Part shown: piece by piece, positions 9,333-18,298 of the stretch | Layout: every line of letters starts with the position of its first letter | Numbering within the stretch: position 1 is the stretch's first letter | From: Candidatus Eiseniibacteriota bacterium | Lineage (GTDB): Bacteria; Eisenbacteria; RBG-16-71-46 | NCBI GenBank assembly: GCA_041483195.1 | Contig: JBGPFC010000020.1 | Span: forward strand, 1-64,000 | Length of the DNA: 64,000 nucleotides | Direction of reading: 5' to 3' | The notes under the pieces: generated by a model | The model's database searches: none | What the model was told of the DNA's origin: nothing | What the model saw: the letters and a program-made list of their open reading frames with translations, nothing else | Translations under genes and position numbers: made by a program

Positions 9333-10301
9333 ATGACGACGATCGTCAGGACGGAACGGGCCGCGAGTCCCCCCCGCGTCCAGCACTACCTCTCGGTCTC
9401 CGACCTCTCGTCCGGCGAGACTCTGGAGGTCCTGAAACTCGCGCAGCTGCTCAAGCGCGAGCACAAGCTCGGTCGGGGTCATGCGCGGCTGCCCGGCCGC
9501 ACGCTCGCCATGCTGTTCCAGAAGCCCTCATTGCGCACCCGGGTCTCATTCGAGGCGGGGATGACGCAGCTCGGCGGCCACGCCATCTACCTCGGCCCCG
9601 ACGAAATCCGGCTCGGCGAGCGCGAGAGCGTCGAGGACGTGGCGCTCGTGCTCTCACACATGGCCGATCTGATCATGGCGCGGGTCTTCGCTCATGAGAC
9701 CGTGATGGAGCTGGCGCGGCACGCCACGGTCCCGGTCATCAACGGGCTCTCCGATCGCGAGCATCCCTGCCAGATCCTCGGCGATCTGCTCACCATTCAG
9801 GAGCGCAAGGGCGGGCTCTCGGGATTGAAGATGGTGTTCGTCGGCGACGGAAACAACGTCGCCAACTCGCTGCTCCTGAGCGCCGCGCTCACCGGCATGC
9901 ATTGCACCGTGGCCGGACCCGCGGAGTTCGCGCCTCTCCCCGGCCCGATGGCCGAGGCTCGAGCGCTGGCGGCCACGAGCGGCGCGCGGCTCGAGGCGAC
10001 CCCCGATCTGGCGGCCGCGTGCGGGGGAGCGGACGTCGTCTACACCGACGTCTGGACGAGCATGGGGCAGGAGAGCGAGACCCAGCGCCGGCGTGAAGCC
10101 TTCCGCGGGTATCAGGTGAACGAAGCGGTGATGCGGCTGGCGAAGCCCGACGCGCTTCTGCTCCATTGTCTGCCCGCGCACTACGGCGAGGAGATCGACT
10201 ACCCGACCTCGCGAACTCCGAACTCGGCGATCTTCGATCAGGCCGAGAATCGGCTGCACGCGCAGAAGGCCCTCCTGGTGACGCTGGCCGGCGCCCGCTA
10301 G
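9333..10301 (+). CDS. argF: Ornithine carbamoyltransferase
   Basis: KPSLRT, HPCQ, GDGNNV, TDVWTSMG, HCLP, QAENRLH motifs; GGAG upstream of ATG 9333. Confidence 0.92.
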   Translation: MTTIVRTERAASPPRVQHYLSVSDLSSGETLEVLKLAQLLKREHKLGRGHARLPGRTLAMLFQKPSLRTRVSFEAGMTQLGGHAIYLGPDEIRLGERESVEDVALVLSHMADLIMARVFAHETVMELARHATVPVINGLSDREHPCQILGDLLTIQERKGGLSGLKMVFVGDGNNVANSLLLSAALTGMHCTVAGPAEFAPLPGPMAEARALAATSGARLEATPDLAAACGGADVVYTDVWTSMGQESETQRRREAFRGYQVNEAVMRLAKPDALLLHCLPAHYGEEIDYPTSRTPNSAIFDQAENRLHAQKALLVTLAGAR

Positions 10302-10405
10302 CGCAAGCCGCACCCACTTTGCGCTGTACGCGCACGGCCCCCGCGCCTAGACTTTTCGCTTCAGCCCACTGCCGATTCCGTGAACCGGCACTGTGCGGAG
10401 GCCGC

Positions 10406-11338
10406 GTGTTCGTCCTGCGAATCACCCTTGCCATCGCCGCAACGTCTCTGCTGGTTTCGATCGCCTCGGCGACCCAGCTCATCTTCGAGCCGGCCAGCGG
10501 CGGCTTCAGCGATTTCGTCGAATTGCCCCAGGGCTACGGCGACCGAGTGACGTCGGCGAGCCAGGGCGGGTTCGCGTACGGAATCGCCGGCGGGCCGACG
10601 CCGAACGTCGTCGCGCGTTTCGGCTCTCCGCAGGGGATGGTCCCCCTCTACACCTGGTCGACGAACTTCGGCGATCTGACCCACGTGCTGTTCGCGCAGG
10701 AGCCGGTGCCATTCGAGTTTCGGCTGATCGCGGACGCCGGATACGTGGTGAATCTGGTGTCGTTCGACATGGCCGGATGGCCCTACCTCGACTTCCCATC
10801 CATCGCGTCGGTGAGCGTCGAGGATGGCGTCGGCAACGTTCTGTTCTCGCAGACCCGAGTGCCGATCTACGGAACGACCCCGGGGCAGCAGCATTCCGCT
10901 TTCAACTTCACGGGGGTCGTGGCGAGCGAGCTTCGAATCAAGTACGACTCCACGACGGACGGATTCGGGCAGGTCCTCGACAGCGATGACGTCGGCCTCG
11001 ACAACATCACGTTCGGTCAGTCATCCACCGTTGACGTATCGCAATTCGGCGGCGCCACCTCGGATCGGCTGGCCGTGGTGGCGGGCCCGAGTCCCTTCAG
11101 GGATCGCGTGCGGCTCTCGGTCCAGCTGCCGCGCGCCGCGCACCTCAAGGTCGACGTCTACGATCTGCACGGCTCCCGGGTGGCCGGGATCGAGGACGGG
11201 CCGGCCGGGGCCGGGGAGCACCACTACGAGTGGGATGGACGGGACGCCGCGGGCCGCATGCGCGGGGCCGGCGTCTACTGGGTGATGGCCTCGAGCGAGG
11301 GCCGGCGCGCGGCGAAATCGGTGGTGTTCATCCGCTGA
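10406..11338 (+). CDS. Secreted protein with C-terminal FlgD Ig-like domain
   Basis: GGAGG + GTG start, signal peptide, C-terminal PSPFR...VYDLHGSRV...WDGRDAAGR...GVYWV. Confidence 0.8.
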   Translation: MFVLRITLAIAATSLLVSIASATQLIFEPASGGFSDFVELPQGYGDRVTSASQGGFAYGIAGGPTPNVVARFGSPQGMVPLYTWSTNFGDLTHVLFAQEPVPFEFRLIADAGYVVNLVSFDMAGWPYLDFPSIASVSVEDGVGNVLFSQTRVPIYGTTPGQQHSAFNFTGVVASELRIKYDSTTDGFGQVLDSDDVGLDNITFGQSSTVDVSQFGGATSDRLAVVAGPSPFRDRVRLSVQLPRAAHLKVDVYDLHGSRVAGIEDGPAGAGEHHYEWDGRDAAGRMRGAGVYWVMASSEGRRAAKSVVFIR

Positions 11339-11388
11339 GCCGGCCGTGACGGGCTCGGATCGCGCCGGGGACGCCACCACGGCAGGCA

Positions 11389-12534
11389 TCACCTTCGTCG
11401 CGGCCGCGCCCAGAAGAATGATTCGTCGTCGGTGAATGCATTCGCGGCTCGCTTCACCGACGTCGAGTCGATGGTCGCCAGGAGCTTGGGCCGGTACCCC
11501 GACGGCTCCAGGCACACCTCCCAGGCGCGTGGCGCCGAGAACTCGTAGCCGAATGCGCTCACCAGCGGGGACGAGAAGCGAAACAGGTTCTTCGCCATGT
11601 AGTTGAGGTAGTGCGTTCGGGTGACAGGCTGCCCGTTCCAGTTGATCGTGTCGGGCACGCGAAGCGAGTCACCACGCACCATCGCCGCGCGCACCTCGGC
11701 GGGTCCGAGCACGCGACCCCGCCGGTCCGCAAACCACGCATCGTGGGTGGGGTCCATCATCACCCAGCGCGACTCCCGCGGCAGCCAGACGATGTCGACC
11801 ACGTGGCAGTCCGTATCCTCGAGGTCCGCGGGCAGACAGGTGAGAATCCGCGACCGATAGCCGCTCGCCAGGTAGACCTCGTTGAGGATCGTGCCGAGAC
11901 CCCGGCAATTGCAGGTGGCGCCCTCGCGCGTGCTCACGTCGAGCAGATGCAACGCATTCAGGGGAAGGGGATTCTCGCGGGTTCCGTCGTGACGCACCCG
12001 GCCATGCACCCAGTGCATCAGGCGGAGCATGCGGGACAAGTCGTCGCCCGTTCCGGCCACGCCCGCGAGGTCGTACTGAAGCCGCAGGCGGACCAGCGGG
12101 GAATCCGCGGGCGAGGAGTACGTGAAGCGACCCAGCGTGGCGGGACGCCGGTGCCCGAAGCGGGCGTTCCCGCGGAGCAGGGCGAGCTTCGTGCTGTCCT
12201 CTTCCTCCTCACGAACGTGGAAGAAGACATGGAACGTCGTGTCGGGTCCGGAGGCGAAGTAGAGGGACATCGGCGTCCGGGATATCGGGACGACCGCCGT
12301 GTCGAGCGCGGTGACGAGCCGAACGGGGGACTCGCTCACGACCCGCAGGGTGTCGGTGATCGCGAGCTTCGAGACCGCGATCGGCACGCGCAACGTGTCG
12401 GCGTGAACCCAGATCGTGTCGTTCAGCGTGCGGATGACCCGCACGCCGCTCTTCAGGACCGGGGCGCCGGTCGCGAGCGTGGCGGACAACACGATGGCGG
12501 TGACCGTGAACTGGACGGGCCGTGAGTAACCCAT
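11389..12534 (-). CDS. Secreted transglutaminase-like domain protein
   Basis: Signal peptide; WVHGRVRHDG; NCRG (Cys), CHVV (His), WVMMDPT (Asp) triad. Start codon uncertain. Confidence 0.8.
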   Translation of the reverse strand: MGYSRPVQFTVTAIVLSATLATGAPVLKSGVRVIRTLNDTIWVHADTLRVPIAVSKLAITDTLRVVSESPVRLVTALDTAVVPISRTPMSLYFASGPDTTFHVFFHVREEEEDSTKLALLRGNARFGHRRPATLGRFTYSSPADSPLVRLRLQYDLAGVAGTGDDLSRMLRLMHWVHGRVRHDGTRENPLPLNALHLLDVSTREGATCNCRGLGTILNEVYLASGYRSRILTCLPADLEDTDCHVVDIVWLPRESRWVMMDPTHDAWFADRRGRVLGPAEVRAAMVRGDSLRVPDTINWNGQPVTRTHYLNYMAKNLFRFSSPLVSAFGYEFSAPRAWEVCLEPSGYRPKLLATIDSTSVKRAANAFTDDESFFWARPRRR

Positions 12535-12767
12535 GTGGGGCCTCCGCGCCGTGAGCCGCGAACCGGGGGGTCGCTTCGCCATACGGCAATGGCCACCCCG
12601 CGGTTGCCTCGCATGAACCCGTTTCCGCGCGGGCCGGAGGTCGTGGAGCGAGCGAGTCGCGGTGGTTCGATAGCAGCTTCGAATCCCGCCGGACCTCACG
12701 CGGTGGGCGAGCGGGTGTAGTCTCCCCGCCACGCGGTTGACCCGACGCCAGCCATGGAGGTACCTCG

Positions 12768-14936
12768 ATGCGCTCGCCCGTTCGATTCGTGCCGCTCTTG
12801 CTGCTCCTCGTCGCCGCCGTCTCCGGGAACGCGCTCGCGCAGTGGAGCTATCCGCCCACGCATGCGACGCCCGTGACCGACACGTACTTCGGAGTCTCGG
12901 TGACGGACTCCTACCGATGGCTCGAGAACGTCGACGACCCCGGCGTCAGGAGCTGGCTCAAGGCGCAGGCCGACTTCACGGCGGGGATCCTCGACCGGAT
13001 CCCGGGCCGCGACTCGCTGCTCGCCGACTTCGTGCGGCTCGACGCCATGAAGCCCGCGAACATCTCGTCGGTGACGCGCAAGAACGGGCGCTACTTCTAC
13101 AAGAAGACGCTGGCCTCCGAACGGGTGGGCCGGCTCTTCTACCGCGAAGGAATCCAGGGCAAGGAGACCCTGCTCTTCGATCCCACGGCGGGCGCGGGCG
13201 GCAAGAGCGTTTCGATCTCGTTCTACGAGGTCACCGAGGACGGGAAGAAGGTCGCCATCGGGGTCGCCGAGGAGGGATCGGAATCGGCGACGATCCGCAT
13301 CCTGAACGTGGACACCGGCCGGTTCTACCCGGAGTCGATCGCGCCCTGCTGGCAGGGAGTCGGCGGATGGACGAAGGACGGGCTGGGCTTCACGTACAAC
13401 CTGATGAACTCGACCGACGTCCATGCCATCGACCGCGAGCTGAACACGAAGACGTATTATCACGCGGTCGGCACGGACCAGAAGCGCGACGCCGAGATCC
13501 TGTCGGCCGCCAGGTACCCGGCGCTCGGAATGAAGCCGCAGGACATTCCGCTGGTCACCTTCAGCGCCGACTTCCGCTGGATCTTCGCCATCGCGGCCTC
13601 CGTTCAGAACGAGCTGACGCTGTTCGTCGCGCCCGCCGGCGAGCTGCTGGGCGAGCGCATCGCGTGGAGGCCGCTGCTCAAGCCCGACGACGGCGTCGTC
13701 TCGTTCGTCACCCACGGGGACGAGGCCTATCTCCTCTCCCACGAGGGTGCGGCGCGCTACAAGATCGTCGCGACCAGCCTGCTCACGCCCGACGTGGCCG
13801 GGGCCGCGGAGATCATGCCTCAGGGCCCCACCACCATCGACGGCCTCGTCGACATGAAGGACTACCTGCTCGCGACGACCACGGATGGGATCAACAACCG
13901 CCTCTATCGTTACGCCTTCGCGGACCGGAAGTGGGAGGAGGTCGCGCTGCCGCGCAAGGGAACGGCGCTCGTCAGTAACTTCGACATCACGTCGAACGAC
14001 GGCCAGGTGATCCTCTCGTCGTGGAGCAAGCCGACCGAACGCTACGAAATCGACGCGGCGAAGGGCGCGCTGGCGCTGAGCGCGCTGAACGTTCCCGTCA
14101 CCTACCCCGGGACCGACGACATCGTCGTCGAAGAGGTCGAGGCTCCCGGCCAGGACGGAACGCCCGTTCCCCTTTCGATCGTCTACAACCGCAAGCTCGT
14201 CCGCGACGGCTCGGCCAACTGCTACCTGACCGGCTACGGGGCCTATGGAATCTCGAACCCGCCGTACTTCGATCTCATGAATCTCGGGCTCGTCAATCGC
14301 GGGGTGATCGTCGCGACCGCGCACGTCCGGGGCGGCGGCGAGAAGGGCCACGACTGGTACCAGGCGGGCTACAAGGCCACCAAGCCGAACACCTGGAGGG
14401 ACTTCATCTCGTGCGCGGAGTACCTCGAGAGGAATCGATATTCGAGCCCGGAGAAACTGTTCGGCGAGGGCACGAGCGCGGGCGGCGTGCTGATCGGCCG
14501 CGCCATCACCGAGCGCCCCGACGTGTTCGGCGCGGCGATCTGCAACGTGCCATGCGCGAACATGCTGCGCGAGGAGAACTCGCCGAACGGGCCGATCAAC
14601 GTGCCGGAGTTCGGCACGGTCAAGGACTCCGCGGAGTGCAGGGCGGTGCTCGAGATGGACGCGCTCTCGCACGTGCGTCCCGGGACGAGGTACCCCGCGG
14701 TCATCTGCGTCGGGGGCCTCAACGACCCGCGCGTGATCGTCTGGCAACCGGCGAAGTTCGCGGCAGCGCTCCAGGGCGCGACCTCATCCGGCAGGCCGGT
14801 GCTGCTGCAGGTCAACTACGACAGCGGCCATTTTACCGAGGACAAGAAGGTCACGTTCCGGAACTGGGCGAACATGTTCTCGTTCTGCCTGTGGCAGACC
14901 GGGCATCCGCAGTTCAAGATGGCGGGGCCCAACTGA
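12768..14936 (+). CDS. Prolyl oligopeptidase family (S9A) serine peptidase, exported
   Basis: Signal peptide; DSYRWLE, GYGAYG, HVRGGGE, GTSAGG (Ser), NDPRV (Asp), SGH (His). Confidence 0.93.
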   Translation: MRSPVRFVPLLLLLVAAVSGNALAQWSYPPTHATPVTDTYFGVSVTDSYRWLENVDDPGVRSWLKAQADFTAGILDRIPGRDSLLADFVRLDAMKPANISSVTRKNGRYFYKKTLASERVGRLFYREGIQGKETLLFDPTAGAGGKSVSISFYEVTEDGKKVAIGVAEEGSESATIRILNVDTGRFYPESIAPCWQGVGGWTKDGLGFTYNLMNSTDVHAIDRELNTKTYYHAVGTDQKRDAEILSAARYPALGMKPQDIPLVTFSADFRWIFAIAASVQNELTLFVAPAGELLGERIAWRPLLKPDDGVVSFVTHGDEAYLLSHEGAARYKIVATSLLTPDVAGAAEIMPQGPTTIDGLVDMKDYLLATTTDGINNRLYRYAFADRKWEEVALPRKGTALVSNFDITSNDGQVILSSWSKPTERYEIDAAKGALALSALNVPVTYPGTDDIVVEEVEAPGQDGTPVPLSIVYNRKLVRDGSANCYLTGYGAYGISNPPYFDLMNLGLVNRGVIVATAHVRGGGEKGHDWYQAGYKATKPNTWRDFISCAEYLERNRYSSPEKLFGEGTSAGGVLIGRAITERPDVFGAAICNVPCANMLREENSPNGPINVPEFGTVKDSAECRAVLEMDALSHVRPGTRYPAVICVGGLNDPRVIVWQPAKFAAALQGATSSGRPVLLQVNYDSGHFTEDKKVTFRNWANMFSFCLWQTGHPQFKMAGPN

Positions 14937-14946
14937 GATCCGAACG

Positions 14947-16230
14947 GTGAGCGTCTCCGCGGGCTGGTGGCGTGAGATCACCCGCTACCAGTGGCTCGTG
15001 CTGCTGGTGGCGTGGATGGGCTGGGTGTTCGACTCCATGGACGCCACCCTCTACGTCGTGGTGCTGACGCCGGCGCTCAAGGCGCTGATCGGCGCGGGAG
15101 TGTCGGACGCCGCGATCGCCGCGCGCGGCGGGCAGATCCTCGCGGTGTTCCTGATCGGCTGGGCCATCGGGGGCGTGCTGTTCGGCGTGTTCGCCGACCG
15201 CGTCGGGCGCACGCAGGCGCTGATATGGACCATCCTGATCTATGCGGTGTTCACCGGCGCGGCGGCGCTGTCGCGCACCTGGTGGCACCTGATGCTGTTC
15301 CGCTTCCTCACCGCGATCGGCGTCGGAGGGGAATGGGCGGCGGGCGCTGCGCTGGTCGCCGAGGTGTGGCCGCACCGGGCGCGAACCATCGCAGCGGGCA
15401 TCCTCCAGTCCGCGTGGGCGGTCGGCGTGTTCCTGGCCGCCTCGATCAACTACACGATCGGGGCCAGGAGCTGGCGCCTGGTGTTCCTCGTCGGCGTGCT
15501 GCCGGCGCTGGTGGCGCTGATCGTTCGCCGCAACGTGCGCGAGCCCGAGATGTGGAGCGTCGCGGTGAAGGGCCGGATGACCGCGGCCGGCGCGGCGTTC
15601 TCGGCGGGGCGGCTGCGCGAGCTGTTCCAGCCCGGGCTGCTTCGCCCGACGCTGGTCGGCTTCGCGCTGGCGTTCACCGCGGTGTTCGGCCTGTGGGGCG
15701 TGACTTACTGGACGCCGGTCCTGATCCGCCACGCGCCCGACGCCGCGCGCATCGCGGAGGCGCTCACGGTGCAGCGCGTGAGCATCGGCGTCATGGTCTT
15801 GAACCTCGGCGCGCTGCTCGGCTACCTGGTGTTCGCGCCGCTCACCGGCCGGGTCGGCAGGCGATGGGCGTTCTTCGCGTACTTCCTCGGCTCGCTCGTG
15901 ATGGTGCCGGTGATGTTCCTCGGGGTTCGCAGCTACACCCAGATCCTGTGGCTGCTGCCGCCGCTCGGATTCTTCACCAACGGAGTCTTCACCGGCTTCG
16001 CGATCTACTTTCCGGAGCTCTATCCGACCCGGCTCCGTGGCACCGGCTCGGGTTTCTGTTTCAACTCGGCGCGCGTGTTCGCGTCGACCGGGCCGTTCCT
16101 CACCGGCGCCCTCACCGGGTTGTTCGGCTCTTTCAACCACGCGGTGACGGCGGTGGGCATGGTCTACCTGCTCGGCATGATCGTGCTGCCGTTCGCTCCG
16201 GAGACCAGGGGACGAGAGCTGCCGGCGTAG
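14947..16230 (+). CDS. MFS transporter
   Basis: About 12 hydrophobic segments; ADRVGR, GVGGEW, PELYPTRLRG, APETRG motifs. Confidence 0.92.
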   Translation: MSVSAGWWREITRYQWLVLLVAWMGWVFDSMDATLYVVVLTPALKALIGAGVSDAAIAARGGQILAVFLIGWAIGGVLFGVFADRVGRTQALIWTILIYAVFTGAAALSRTWWHLMLFRFLTAIGVGGEWAAGAALVAEVWPHRARTIAAGILQSAWAVGVFLAASINYTIGARSWRLVFLVGVLPALVALIVRRNVREPEMWSVAVKGRMTAAGAAFSAGRLRELFQPGLLRPTLVGFALAFTAVFGLWGVTYWTPVLIRHAPDAARIAEALTVQRVSIGVMVLNLGALLGYLVFAPLTGRVGRRWAFFAYFLGSLVMVPVMFLGVRSYTQILWLLPPLGFFTNGVFTGFAIYFPELYPTRLRGTGSGFCFNSARVFASTGPFLTGALTGLFGSFNHAVTAVGMVYLLGMIVLPFAPETRGRELPA

Positions 16231-16247
16231 CGCGCGGCTCCCTCCGA

Positions 16248-17315
16248 TCAGAACTCGACGACCCGGAACAGCTTCTCAGCCTCCGGCTGGAGCTGGAAGC
16301 GCCGCCTCAGCGAGCGCTCCACCCACACCGTGTCCACGCCTTCCGCGCCCGGCTCCACGATCACCGCCGCGATGTCCTCGCGCGCCTTCGCGACGCGTCT
16401 GGCGGCGGCGGCGCCGAGCGCGAACAGCGGCGTGTCCCACGCGTCGGTGACGTAGCCGTTCTTCGCGACCACGGTCACCGCCAGCAGTCCCTCGGCCGGG
16501 CGCCCCGTGCGCGGATCCATGATGTGGCCGTAGCGCTTCCCGTTCGCGCTCACGAACTGCTCGTAGTCGGCCGAGGTGGAGACGCCCTGGTCCGAGAGAT
16601 CGAGGTGCGCGAAGAACGGCATCCGATCGCGCGGATCGCGGATGCCGATCCGCCAGTAGGGCGCCCCGGGCGGATGGCCGATCGCGTCCATGTTGCCGGA
16701 CAGATCCACGAGCGCATCGCGAATGCCGTGCGCCCGGATCGACTCCGCCACGGCGTGCACCGCGTAGCCCTTCGCGATCCCCCCCAGGTCGATCTGCACC
16801 CCCGCTCGATCGAAGCGGATCGTGCGCGCCCGGGGGTCGAAGCGCACGTGATTCGCGCCGACCCGCCGGAACGCTGACGCGATCTCGGCGTCGGATGGCA
16901 CGTGCGGCTTCCCGCCGAGAAAGCCCCACGCCCGGATCAGCGGCTCGACCGTGATGTCGAAGGCGTGCTGGCTCGCGCGCCACACCTCGAGCGAGTAGGC
17001 GATCACGCCCGCCACCTCGGGCTCCACCCGCACCGTCTGGCCGTAGGCCTCGCGATTGATGCGCGCCACCTCGCTGGTGGTGGTCCAGTTGCTCATGAGC
17101 GAGTCCTCGCGGGCGAATGTCGCGTGCGCGAGGCGCGCCACCTCAGCGCTCGCCGCCGAATCCCCGGTGACGAGCGTGACGTTGGAGTAGGTGCCCATGG
17201 TGCGCCCGGGGTACGAGACCACGCGCGGCTCACCCGAATCCGCGGCGCGCGCGAGGGCGAGCCATGCGGCCACCGTGGCGCAGGCGAGGCGGCGGATCGT
17301 CCTTGAACCGGGCAT
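16248..17315 (-). CDS. apbE: FAD:protein FMN transferase
   Basis: TMGT, AFDITV, DLGGIAKGYA, STSADY, GHIMDPRTG motifs; N-terminal signal peptide. Confidence 0.9.
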   Translation of the reverse strand: MPGSRTIRRLACATVAAWLALARAADSGEPRVVSYPGRTMGTYSNVTLVTGDSAASAEVARLAHATFAREDSLMSNWTTTSEVARINREAYGQTVRVEPEVAGVIAYSLEVWRASQHAFDITVEPLIRAWGFLGGKPHVPSDAEIASAFRRVGANHVRFDPRARTIRFDRAGVQIDLGGIAKGYAVHAVAESIRAHGIRDALVDLSGNMDAIGHPPGAPYWRIGIRDPRDRMPFFAHLDLSDQGVSTSADYEQFVSANGKRYGHIMDPRTGRPAEGLLAVTVVAKNGYVTDAWDTPLFALGAAAARRVAKAREDIAAVIVEPGAEGVDTVWVERSLRRRFQLQPEAEKLFRVVEF

Positions 17316-17392
17316 GGTCTCGAGCTCCCTCTCGCGTTCGGCGCGGAGCCGCTCGGCCCGAAGGCTCGAGGCTCCGCGCCGACGAACGCCGC

Positions 17393-18073
17393 CTATGCGA
17401 GCGCGGCCCGCCGATTCCGGATCACGAACCCGGAGCCGACGATGACGAGGAGCAGGGCGGCCAGCGCCGCGCCCCACGCGCCCAGCATCGGAGCGGTGAA
17501 CGAGAACGGCCCCTGCATGAAGAACTCGTTGGTCGTGTCTCCGTATCGCGCATGGCCGTCATCGCTCAACCAGGTGGATACGGTCTTCCCCACCGGGTCG
17601 TCGCCGTTCGTGTCGTACTCGACCACGACACAGAAGTCGAAGCTGCCGGAGCCATTGACCGACGGCACGTCGTTCGTCTTGAACTGGTGCCACACTCCTC
17701 CGGGCGGGGCCGGATGGACGCCATCCACCTCGCATCCGCCGGGCGGGCATGGCACCTCCTCCGCGAGGATGGTCGTGCCACCGACGACCAGCAGGTTTCC
17801 CTGCGGGTTCAGCACGAACACGCCGTGAAGGGTCCAGCCCGCAGGGGCCTCGGTGCCGATCACCATCGCGGAGGGCTCGCTAACGGATCCGTCGAACTTC
17901 GTGCACTTGAGGCCGACCGTGCAGTTCTCGATGTTCGGGTTGTTGGTCTTCTTCGTCCACGTCGTCGTGCCCGTCGAGGTCCAGGTGTTGGTCGCCGCGC
18001 CCGATGCCGTCGACGAGCTGGCGACGACGATTGCAGCCGACGCGACGACCAGGGAAAGCGTTTTCGAACTCAT
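17393..18073 (-). CDS. Hypothetical exported protein with IPTL-CTERM-like C-terminal sorting signal
   Basis: Signal peptide; C-terminus APMLGAWG + hydrophobic helix + RNRR resembles IPTLxxWG-TM-basic signals. Confidence 0.7.
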   Translation of the reverse strand: MSSKTLSLVVASAAIVVASSSTASGAATNTWTSTGTTTWTKKTNNPNIENCTVGLKCTKFDGSVSEPSAMVIGTEAPAGWTLHGVFVLNPQGNLLVVGGTTILAEEVPCPPGGCEVDGVHPAPPGGVWHQFKTNDVPSVNGSGSFDFCVVVEYDTNGDDPVGKTVSTWLSDDGHARYGDTTNEFFMQGPFSFTAPMLGAWGAALAALLLVIVGSGFVIRNRRAALA

Positions 18074-18298
18074 CTCCAGCTTCTCCGTCGTTGAACTGCG
18101 GCCCTTCGGTGTCCATCGATCTGACTGAGAAGCCGGGGCTCCGTGCGGTCCTGCCTTCCCGGCCGGCGGCGATTATGCCCGAGAGCGCCCGCCCGGGCAC
18201 GACTTCTTTCTCGCGCTTTCGTGTAACCTCCGCCCACGTGGCGCGAGGCGCCTTCACCGCACGCCGCGGCGAGCAGGACATCACACCCGGAGGTCCGC

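Noticed and set aside
9333..10301. N-acetyl/succinyl-ornithine carbamoyltransferase, suggested by SLRT in place of STRT
   Set aside because: The DxxxSMG loop and HCLP typical of true OTC are intact.
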